This document shows positions 39,848-47,929 of a DNA stretch of 64,000 nt, piece by piece. Made by a program: the position numbers and the translations under genes. Source of the stretch: Gammaproteobacteria bacterium (GTDB lineage: Bacteria; Pseudomonadota; Gammaproteobacteria; Eutrophobiales; Eutrophobiaceae). The stretch covers positions 8,479 through 72,478 of the forward strand of contig JAURPG010000097.1 in NCBI GenBank assembly GCA_030835405.1, written 5' to 3'. The first letter of the stretch is position 1; every line of letters starts with the position of its first letter. The notes below the pieces were generated by a model. That model saw only the letters and a program-made list of their open reading frames with translations. It had not been told where the DNA came from and made no database searches.

Positions 39848-42475
39848 TCAGGCCTGGTTATTCTTCTCTGCTAACAAACCTGGTAATACCACAAGTGTCG
39901 CCACTAATGTCATGCCGATGCCGATGGTCAATAATTTACCCATGCTTGCAGTTCCGGTATGTGGTGAAAAGGCGAGGTTACCGATACTGCCCATGGTGGT
40001 AAAAGTACTGACGATCACTGCCCTTGCGGAACTGGTAGCGAGGACATTCTTATCATCAGGCAATGCCGTTCTAAATCGGTGAAGGATATGAATGGCACTG
40101 TCTACACCAATGCCCAGTAGTAATGGCAGGGCGATGATATTGGCAAAGTTTAGCGGGATATCAAACAATACACTGATACCACCCGTGACGATTACAGCAA
40201 ACATTAAGGCAGCCATGCAGAGAATGGCATCTATTTTCCTGGGTAGCAGAATTAACAGGATCCCGGCAATGGCTATGATGGCGTAGGTTAAGGCCTGTTT
40301 GAATGCACTGATGACGGCATCACCCGCTTCTATATTGATTACCGGTGGCCCGGTTAGTCTTGAATCCAGATCATAAAGTTCTTCAACAAAGTCACGCATG
40401 GCGGCACTCTCATTGAGATCCTCTGCAGGAGTGATATTCAACAGATAATTGCCATGGGGACTTAACCACCTTGCAGTCATCTCGTCGGGTAGACTCTCCA
40501 GGGAGACATAGTCGGCATTTAAGGATGCGTTTAATTGTTCTAGGCGGCCGGGCAGGGATGCCAGCATAGTTATGGAAAATTTATTTAACTTTATGTCTCG
40601 TTGTTGTTGTGATGCTGATTGTAATTGCTCATGGAATCTTCCCAGGTTGGTCATGAAGGTTGCTATCTCTGGGGAATTTTGCACAAGGGTAGAGGCAGTA
40701 TGTGTATTGATAAAGTCAGACAAAATGGCCAACTTATCGTTGCTGTTTAATTCCTGGCTGAGTTGAGTATTGGTAAAACCACCGGCCACTAACAGGTTCA
40801 TCTCATCAATAATAAATAATTTTTCATCTTGATCGTCAGGGACGAAATCTTCCAGCCAGATGACAGAGTCTACTACCGGGCTGTTCCTGATTTTCTCTCG
40901 GGTGTTGATGGCGTCATCACGGTTGTCGGTGACGATTACCCCGTTCCAGGGGGAGGTCTCGCTGTCTTTTAAAAGGTCCACATAGGTCTGTACCGATTCA
41001 TTATTGGGATCCTGGAGGTTCAGGATGTTGTGGTCAAATCGGATTTTGGTAAAGGCAATACCACCGGTAATGACACAAATAAGGGTAATGATTTTTATCA
41101 TGCCGTTATGGGAAACAGGGAAGTTTGAAATAGCTAAACCAAAGCTATTTATCGGTTTACGTGTTGGTGTGGCATTCGCTTTTAGCGGGAATAGACCTAA
41201 TATGGCCGGTAGCAGGGTTAGGGTCACAAACAAGCTGATAAACATCCCTACACCGGAGATGAGACCCAGCTCGGCCACACCTTGATAATCCGTTGGCACA
41301 AAGGCAAAAAAGCCAACTGACGTTGTAATAGTACAGATAATTAAGGATTGCCCGAGATTACGTGAAGATTCCTCAATGGCCATATGGTTTGCATTGCCTT
41401 GGTTGATCAATTCCCGGTATCGCAACGTGTAATGGATAGCAAAGTCGATGCCCAGGCCAATATACAGTACCGCGAAGGCTACGGAGATAAGGTTCAATTC
41501 GCCGATGGCAAAGGTGGCAAAGGCTGCTGTAAATAACAGCCCCGTCACCAAAGTAATCAAGGTATAAGATACCAGTCGTACAGACCTGATTCCGGTAAGC
41601 ATAATGATGGTCACCAGACACAGGGACAGGATGATTGCCAATTCGGTCCCACGACTGACACTGAGTAGTTCTTCCTGTGCCAGGACTTCACTACCGGTAA
41701 GTCTTACCGTTGCCCCGGTACTGGTAATATCTTCTGAGACTGCAATGTCGCGGATTATCTCAATGGCACGATCAGCCGGCAACATTGCATCAGGGTCCAG
41801 TACTGGCTGCAGGATTATAAAGTCACGGTAGATGGAATCACCAGCGCTGGTTTCTGCATCAATGAGGTTTTGCCAGGATACCCGGTAGGGAGTGTTGTTT
41901 ATTATGGATGCTGCACCCTTGTTGAGTTCCTGTATTAACGGAACAATATCAAAGTCTTCACCGTCTTCAATGGCGTCCATGGCGTCGGAGATCATGTTAA
42001 ACAGCCCACGTATGCTCATGTCATCTGTCAGCCGGGTCAAAAAGGGCTGGATCTTTGCCAGGTTGTCCGAAAGCTCATAGAGTTTATCAGTGGAGAGGAA
42101 CAGCAGGGCGTCTTCCCTGAAGATGGGAAGTGCCCGCGGATAATAAATGTTTTCAAACCACTCGGACTGTTCCTGAAACTTTCGGTTTAACAGTGTAGCG
42201 GCATCGCTGGCCTGATCTGGTGTTGTGGCTTCGGTAACTACCAGGATGGTATCCAGGAACTGGGGAAAGTGTTTTTCATAATTGAGGTCCAGTTGTCGCC
42301 AGGGAAGTTCCGGTGATAGCATCTCCCGGGTATCTGTATTCATGCCCAGGTTATTAACCGTATAGAGTCCTGCACCAATCGAACTGATCAAAAATAATAC
42401 TACAATGGGAAAACGCAAACGTTCCACCAGCATGATGTAGTTAGTTAACAGCTTAAGTCCGATTTTTTTAAGCAC
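39848..42475 (-). CDS. hpnN: Hopanoid-associated MMPL/RND transporter (HpnN-like)
   Basis: Two MMPL halves (LNLISVAFAVLYIGLGIDFAIH; LNFANIIALPLLLGIGVDSAIH, HTGTASMGKLL), 875 aa; in a squalene synthase cluster. Confidence 0.85.
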   Translation of the reverse strand: MLKKIGLKLLTNYIMLVERLRFPIVVLFLISSIGAGLYTVNNLGMNTDTREMLSPELPWRQLDLNYEKHFPQFLDTILVVTEATTPDQASDAATLLNRKFQEQSEWFENIYYPRALPIFREDALLFLSTDKLYELSDNLAKIQPFLTRLTDDMSIRGLFNMISDAMDAIEDGEDFDIVPLIQELNKGAASIINNTPYRVSWQNLIDAETSAGDSIYRDFIILQPVLDPDAMLPADRAIEIIRDIAVSEDITSTGATVRLTGSEVLAQEELLSVSRGTELAIILSLCLVTIIMLTGIRSVRLVSYTLITLVTGLLFTAAFATFAIGELNLISVAFAVLYIGLGIDFAIHYTLRYRELINQGNANHMAIEESSRNLGQSLIICTITTSVGFFAFVPTDYQGVAELGLISGVGMFISLFVTLTLLPAILGLFPLKANATPTRKPINSFGLAISNFPVSHNGMIKIITLICVITGGIAFTKIRFDHNILNLQDPNNESVQTYVDLLKDSETSPWNGVIVTDNRDDAINTREKIRNSPVVDSVIWLEDFVPDDQDEKLFIIDEMNLLVAGGFTNTQLSQELNSNDKLAILSDFINTHTASTLVQNSPEIATFMTNLGRFHEQLQSASQQQRDIKLNKFSITMLASLPGRLEQLNASLNADYVSLESLPDEMTARWLSPHGNYLLNITPAEDLNESAAMRDFVEELYDLDSRLTGPPVINIEAGDAVISAFKQALTYAIIAIAGILLILLPRKIDAILCMAALMFAVIVTGGISVLFDIPLNFANIIALPLLLGIGVDSAIHILHRFRTALPDDKNVLATSSARAVIVSTFTTMGSIGNLAFSPHTGTASMGKLLTIGIGMTLVATLVVLPGLLAEKNNQA

Positions 42476-42510
42476 AGGGTGCCCGGTATTTATTGAGGGA
42501 TTTAATAGGA

Positions 42511-43260
42511 TTATACCCTGAAGACATATTCCTTATCAGGTTCACGTTCACAATCGGGAGGATAGTTCTTACGCTTATCATCATAGTACTGCTGGCGAGC
42601 ATCTCCTTCAGATGATTTATTATATGTGACATATAGTATGCGCCGGGGTTCATTTGTGAGATTGGGTTTGGAACGGTGTGGAGCATAGGAATCAAAGAAT
42701 ACAGCATCACCGGCTTTGGTCTCCACAGGCACATATTCAAGTTCATCTTCATTTAACGGTTTCCATATATCGCCGATGACACCGGAACGATGTTGCCCAC
42801 CGGCCATCTCCAGGCAACCGTTCTCGATAGTCGTGTCATCGATACTCACCATGGCAGTGATATGAATGCTGGCATACTTGTCCCAACCTGCCTGAACGTC
42901 CTGATGGGCCTTAAAACCGTCACCACCGGCAAGTTTGAAATTTATCTTGTCTTTGTAGAGGACCGCTTCTTCGGCAAAAAGGTCGCTCACGGCATTACGC
43001 AGTTTCCCGTCCATAAATACCTGGCTGAATCCTTTATGAAAGGGCTCAATATTTTCCATTCTGCAAAGGATGCGTTTGTCCTGGTCCTGCAGGCTTTTTT
43101 CAAAATACATCATGTATTTCCCCGGGACTTCAGGGTAATTCAATACCTCATCGGTCCATTTTTTAAGGTCGGCCATTTCATCCTGAGAGTAAAATCCAGG
43201 TGCCACTAAGTAGCCATTGTCATTGAAAAAATTGATTTGTTCTTGAGTTAATATGGACAT
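42511..43260 (-). CDS. Fe(II)/2-oxoglutarate dioxygenase, PhyH family (PhnY-like)
   Basis: KDKINFKLAGGDGFKAHQD (HxD), ENGCLE, distal His in APHRS and Arg in PRRILYVTYN. Confidence 0.85.
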   Translation of the reverse strand: MSILTQEQINFFNDNGYLVAPGFYSQDEMADLKKWTDEVLNYPEVPGKYMMYFEKSLQDQDKRILCRMENIEPFHKGFSQVFMDGKLRNAVSDLFAEEAVLYKDKINFKLAGGDGFKAHQDVQAGWDKYASIHITAMVSIDDTTIENGCLEMAGGQHRSGVIGDIWKPLNEDELEYVPVETKAGDAVFFDSYAPHRSKPNLTNEPRRILYVTYNKSSEGDARQQYYDDKRKNYPPDCEREPDKEYVFRV

Positions 43261-43309
43261 AGTTGTTCTACCTGTTTTAATGCTAGCGAATCATACCAAA
43301 AAATTACGA

Positions 43310-44023
43310 TTAATGATGAGATGCTATTAAGTTTTCAGGTCTTTTAGACAGAATTTTCAGAGTTTCACTGGCATGGTGATAAAAATTCAGCAATTGAATT
43401 AGCTTATTAAGCTGTTGTGGGTGGGTGAGTGCGGTCATTATCAAACGTAATACAGGGACATCACCAAATTCATTCGTCAGTGTCAGAAGGTAGTCAGGGA
43501 AACTGTAGTTTGCGGGGTCAATAATGACGCGCATCACAGTGCTTGGGACCTTCTGTTCGTTGGCCAGGGCGACAACGGCAGAGGATTCCATGTCTACTGC
43601 ACAGACATTAAATTGATTGTATAGACCTATTTTATCTATTGAATTTGTTATGACCTCATCTGAGGTGAATAGCGGAGAATTAGTGATTTTATTTTTTTTT
43701 AATTTATATTTTTCACGTAATTGCTCGGACCACTCAAGATGACAATGAAAAACCCGGTTAGAATCAGTCATAATATTGTCCGGAATAACCAGATCGCCTG
43801 ATGACAGTTCCGGGGACAGGGCACCTGCCATACCTATGACCAATAATCCGTCTGCGCCATTATTCAGCAGGGCAAGAGCAGCCTCTCGTGCATTTACCTT
43901 CCCTTCGCCGGAGACAATGAGGCTGATATTCTCCGTTAGCGAAACAGGTTTTTTTAATATACTCGGTTTTGTAAACCACCTTGCTTCAGTGGTGAGCGGT
44001 GTAATAATACCAAGGTGTTTCAC
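43310..44023 (-). CDS. Hopanoid-associated nucleoside phosphorylase (HpnG-like)
   Basis: PNP/UDP fold motifs IGMAGALSPELSSGDLVI, AVDMESSAV and MRVIIDPA; GTG start; cluster context. Confidence 0.78.
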   Translation of the reverse strand: MKHLGIITPLTTEARWFTKPSILKKPVSLTENISLIVSGEGKVNAREAALALLNNGADGLLVIGMAGALSPELSSGDLVIPDNIMTDSNRVFHCHLEWSEQLREKYKLKKNKITNSPLFTSDEVITNSIDKIGLYNQFNVCAVDMESSAVVALANEQKVPSTVMRVIIDPANYSFPDYLLTLTNEFGDVPVLRLIMTALTHPQQLNKLIQLLNFYHHASETLKILSKRPENLIASHH

Positions 44024-44031
44024 AATCTAGT

Positions 44032-45072
44032 TCAGTTAAAGTTTTGCGTAAGCGGTTTGCTGTAATAGTTAAATAACTTCTTCAGCATATAGTCATTGCT
44101 TGTAAACAGATTGGACAGGGCAATTACTGTCTTGACGTTAGCCCTGGATATCTTGACCTCCTGGCCAGACGCAAAATTACGATGCTGATTAATATTTCGC
44201 AATGTCAGCACTGCCATGCCCAGTGCCCATAGACAGAAACGACGGATGCCTTTTTCTTCCGGCGGGATAAGCAATGTGTATTCCAGTGCATTGCCCAGAT
44301 GGTGCTGAGCCACACTGACCAGATGTCCCAATGCCTGTTGAACAGCTGCATCGGATGTGCCCGGGGTAAGTTCCCTCAGGTCTGTACCATACTGTTTAAA
44401 GACTTCGTTTGGTAGCCAGCACATATGGCGATCCTGGTCGTCCCAGATATCCTTGAGGATGTTGGTCATCTGTAGGCCCTGTCCAAAGGACACGGCCAGT
44501 GTCATTAGTTTATCGTAATGTGTGTTGATGGTTTGCGAATAATCACAGAACAGATCAGTTAACATTTCACCTACCACACCAGCAACATAATAACAGTAGT
44601 TGTCCATATCCTGTTGAGTCTCAAGACCGTTCTTTACATCGGCCTCCTGGAATTTTGACATGCCATCCGCCATGATGCGAATACAACGAGTAAGGGCTGC
44701 CCGCTGCCTGTCATTAAAACTGTGCGTAATGCGAATGACGGCTGGGGTTTCTTCAATCAGGTATTTTTCCTGGGCAGGCGTTGAGTCAGATAACAGAGGC
44801 GCAAGGGTCTTTGCAAACGCCTCCGCTGAATGCCCATTAGCCACTACCTGAATGAACATGTCAGAGAATTCCCGTTTGCGGGTAAAGACCATGTCCTTAT
44901 CATCTTCAATGGTATCGGCAATGCGGCACAACAGATAAGCATTGCCGACAACGCGGGATAGTCCATCTGGAAGTTGTGGAATGGTCAGTGCAAATGTACG
45001 GGAAACGTCGTCCAGTATCTTTGTTTGGAATGCTTCGTCCTTTTGTGTTGGTAGATCTGTTTTATCCAGCAT
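44032..45072 (-). CDS. Squalene synthase (single-enzyme farnesyl-diphosphate farnesyltransferase type)
   Basis: VSRTFALTI, YLLCRIADTIEDD, YCYYVAGVVG, FGQGLQMTNILKD and VKISR motifs. Confidence 0.87.
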   Translation of the reverse strand: MLDKTDLPTQKDEAFQTKILDDVSRTFALTIPQLPDGLSRVVGNAYLLCRIADTIEDDKDMVFTRKREFSDMFIQVVANGHSAEAFAKTLAPLLSDSTPAQEKYLIEETPAVIRITHSFNDRQRAALTRCIRIMADGMSKFQEADVKNGLETQQDMDNYCYYVAGVVGEMLTDLFCDYSQTINTHYDKLMTLAVSFGQGLQMTNILKDIWDDQDRHMCWLPNEVFKQYGTDLRELTPGTSDAAVQQALGHLVSVAQHHLGNALEYTLLIPPEEKGIRRFCLWALGMAVLTLRNINQHRNFASGQEVKISRANVKTVIALSNLFTSNDYMLKKLFNYYSKPLTQNFN

Positions 45073-45112
45073 ATTTCAAATTATTAGATATCAAAAGCGA
45101 ATTCTATCAGGA

Positions 45113-46108
45113 TTATGGGCCCTGGTCAGAGGCGACCTGTTGTTTTCTTTGCAGGTGTTTATGTTCCAGGTGATGTAATGCAATTAATCCCATAGGGTCA
45201 AAAATAAAATCATGAATACGGATGGCGATTGACAACACCAGGGCAACATCTGGTGGTATACCCAGAATACTGCCTATCAATATGAATGCCCCCTCCTGGA
45301 TGCCATAACCGTTTGGAATGATAAAGGCGATTTCACTTAAGGTCATGGTGAGGCTTTTCAGCATGATGGCCTCCATCAGTCCGATGGGATGGTTTAGCAG
45401 GTAACAGGCCAGCCATAGTTCAGCGGTTTGAAATGCCAGGCTGAATGTACGAAGTGCGATAGCACTTACCAGTTTACCTTTGGCGTGGTATATCTCACGG
45501 ATACGATGGTCAATTTGTTCTGCATTGATGCTGAATTCATTCCAGGTCTCACTGTCAGTAAACATCCCGCCGAGTTTGGCCATGATCCCAAAAAATCCTT
45601 TTCTTTGCAGAATGGCAAAGCTCACGACACAGACCATTAACACAGCAAATCCCATGGTGGCATACAAGGCAAGCTGGGTGTCAGTCGACAATAATAATAA
45701 TGTCCCGACTCCAACCATCCCCCACAGGGCAAGAGACAATGCCTGGGAAATCTTGTCCACCATCACTGAGGCAATGGCATCAAGTCCAGGGATTCCCCAT
45801 TGATGCAGTAGTCTGGCCTTAACCATTTCACCTCCAATAGATGCCACCGGCAGCAGGTTATTAACGGATCGGCCGATCCAGGTGGCAATGAGTGCGTCGT
45901 AAAATCGAGGTGGTGCGTGATTGCCAAATAATAGTCGCCAACCCTGGGTGGCCGGCAGCAGGCAGGGAAACCAGATTAAGGGTAACAATAATAAAGACCA
46001 CCCGGATTCAACTAACAGGTTGAGTGAATCCATTGTGCCTTTCCATAGAAACAGGATCAGCAGCAGGATGAGACCAGCGAAAGAACCGAGTCGGGTGATG
46101 ATATTCAT
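45113..46108 (-). CDS. HpnL-like membrane protein (lysylphosphatidylglycerol synthase TM/flippase-like)
   Basis: WIGRSVNNLLPVASIGGEMVKARL and FIIPNGYGIQEGAF motifs; about 8 TM helices. Confidence 0.78.
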   Translation of the reverse strand: MNIITRLGSFAGLILLLILFLWKGTMDSLNLLVESGWSLLLLPLIWFPCLLPATQGWRLLFGNHAPPRFYDALIATWIGRSVNNLLPVASIGGEMVKARLLHQWGIPGLDAIASVMVDKISQALSLALWGMVGVGTLLLLSTDTQLALYATMGFAVLMVCVVSFAILQRKGFFGIMAKLGGMFTDSETWNEFSINAEQIDHRIREIYHAKGKLVSAIALRTFSLAFQTAELWLACYLLNHPIGLMEAIMLKSLTMTLSEIAFIIPNGYGIQEGAFILIGSILGIPPDVALVLSIAIRIHDFIFDPMGLIALHHLEHKHLQRKQQVASDQGP

Positions 46109-46130
46109 AGGAATATTAATCAGGTCGTCT

Positions 46131-47120
46131 TCAGGCGGCCTGCATATATTTCAGGGCGTCTTCAATGACTTCGATGCCGGAATTATCTCGGTAGACATTT
46201 TCGCTTAAATATCTACGCCATTTTCTTGCACCAGGCTGGCCCTGGAACAGTCCCAGGATATGTCTTGCCATTCGCTGCAGTGCATCTCCCTCGGCCAGGC
46301 GATTTTGCATATAGTTCATATAACGTATGACGATTTCGTCCCGGCTAAGCGGGAGTGTTTGGTCATCAAAAAACTGACTGTCTGCATAGGAGAGAAGATA
46401 CGGATTATGACACACGGCGCGGCCAATCATAACACCGTCGACCTTGTCCATGTGTGGCTTTGCTTCTTCAAGACTGTTGATACCACCATTAATAATAATT
46501 TCCAGATCTGGAAAATCTGTTTTGATGTTGTACACCTTGTCATAGGTCAATGGCGGTATTTCTCTATTTTGCCTGGGACTCAGGCCACTCAACCATGCCT
46601 TGCGGGCATGAATAATGAAGGTCTTGCAACCGGATGATACGGTATGAATGAAATGCGTGAGGAATTCATAGTCATCCATGTGGTCGATCCCTGTTCGAGT
46701 CTTTACAGTTACCGGTATAGAAACACTTTGTTGCATACTTTGCACGCATTCGGCAACCAGATCTGGCTGTGACATCAGGCAGGCACCAAATTGTCCATTT
46801 TGTACCCGGTCACTGGGACATCCTACATTTAGATTGATTTCATTATATCCCATGTCTTCAGCAATCTTTGCACATTGGGCCAATTCCTGTGGATGACTTC
46901 CTCCCAGTTGCAGGGCCACGGGATGTTCAGAGTCATCATATGTCAAGCGATGAAATTGTTTGCCATAAATAATGGCGCCAGTAGTTATCATCTCCGTGTA
47001 GAGCAGGACATGCCTTGAGATTAACCGCAGGAAATAACGAAAATGCCGGTCGGTGTGCGTCATCATGGGCGCAATACATAGGCGGTGATTGATTGGCGAT
47101 GAATTCATGAAAGGAATCAT
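46131..47120 (-). CDS. dusA: tRNA dihydrouridine(20/20a) synthase
   Basis: IAPMMTHTDRHFR, INLNVGCPSDRVQNG, HARKAWLSGLSPRQNR and VMIGRA motifs; start may be the ATG at 47108. Confidence 0.93.
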   Translation of the reverse strand: MIPFMNSSPINHRLCIAPMMTHTDRHFRYFLRLISRHVLLYTEMITTGAIIYGKQFHRLTYDDSEHPVALQLGGSHPQELAQCAKIAEDMGYNEINLNVGCPSDRVQNGQFGACLMSQPDLVAECVQSMQQSVSIPVTVKTRTGIDHMDDYEFLTHFIHTVSSGCKTFIIHARKAWLSGLSPRQNREIPPLTYDKVYNIKTDFPDLEIIINGGINSLEEAKPHMDKVDGVMIGRAVCHNPYLLSYADSQFFDDQTLPLSRDEIVIRYMNYMQNRLAEGDALQRMARHILGLFQGQPGARKWRRYLSENVYRDNSGIEVIEDALKYMQAA

Positions 47121-47128
47121 ACTATAAA

Positions 47129-47253
47129 GTGTGAGGAGATAGGAGTAAGGTGTGAGTGAGGGATTAGGATGCTAGTTTATGTCTTGATTAATATTTCCAG
47201 CTTCCCGGTTAAACAGATTCACCTCCTCACTTCTTACCCCTTACGCCTCACTC
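47129..47253. repeat. Inverted pair of degenerate heptamer tandem arrays
   Basis: Left arm GTGTGAG-GAGATAG-GAGTAAG-GTGTGAG (47129-47156); right arm CTCACTT-CTTACCC-CTTACGC-CTCACTC (47226-47253) is the reverse-complement pattern. Confidence 0.6.
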
Positions 47254-47916
47254 GAAGAGCGTTCGTGTAAAACTTGTTCTTAAATAAAACCCCCGTGGCA
47301 GGGTGGTGGTTGGTCTTCCGTCTTCGGCATAACTCTTTCCAAGAGACTTTGCGGTTGCCGCTTTTGGGCGGACCTGAAGGTATGTCCCCAATGAAGATGA
47401 AAGCTTGTCCAATTCTCCCAGCGAGACCAGATCCATGATCTCTTCCCAGTCATTTTTCAGGACACGTTTCTGTTCGGCATTGGGACTCCAAAGGGTGGCA
47501 CTGCCAAATCGCCTGTCTTTGATTGCAATTGTCTGATCGGATTCCACGGGTAACCACAGTACCCGTTTTAATTTACTATATACTGTTGATTTTTCCCAGA
47601 TAAGCCCGGTAGTCTCAGTAAGATTCAGTGTGCAGACATAAGTAGACTCTTTGGGAATACCTGGTTTGGACATGGGAACAGTTTTTAATTCAACCCCAAT
47701 GTATTGAAAGTCCGGTTCTGACTGGTTGTTTGCGGTGGCACCTAAATAGGTTTCAGCCAGGTTACCTACCCAGCCCTTGTGATGGTTTTGATTAATGGGG
47801 ACAGGCAAGCATAGCTGGTTTGCAATTTGAGCAATGGTTTTGCCAGCAATGTGTGCTGCACTATCCAGCAATTCCTTTTCTGTTGTAGGGGCTGAGAATT
47901 TTATATTTTGATTCAA
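47248..47916 (-). CDS. mutH: DNA mismatch repair endonuclease MutH
   Basis: KGWVGNLAETYLGA, EPDF...GVELKTVP, ESTYVC, LQVRPKA and RGFYLRTSFT motifs. Confidence 0.93.
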   Translation of the reverse strand: MNQNIKFSAPTTEKELLDSAAHIAGKTIAQIANQLCLPVPINQNHHKGWVGNLAETYLGATANNQSEPDFQYIGVELKTVPMSKPGIPKESTYVCTLNLTETTGLIWEKSTVYSKLKRVLWLPVESDQTIAIKDRRFGSATLWSPNAEQKRVLKNDWEEIMDLVSLGELDKLSSSLGTYLQVRPKAATAKSLGKSYAEDGRPTTTLPRGFYLRTSFTRTLFE

Positions 47917-47929
47917 TGGTTATAGAAAT

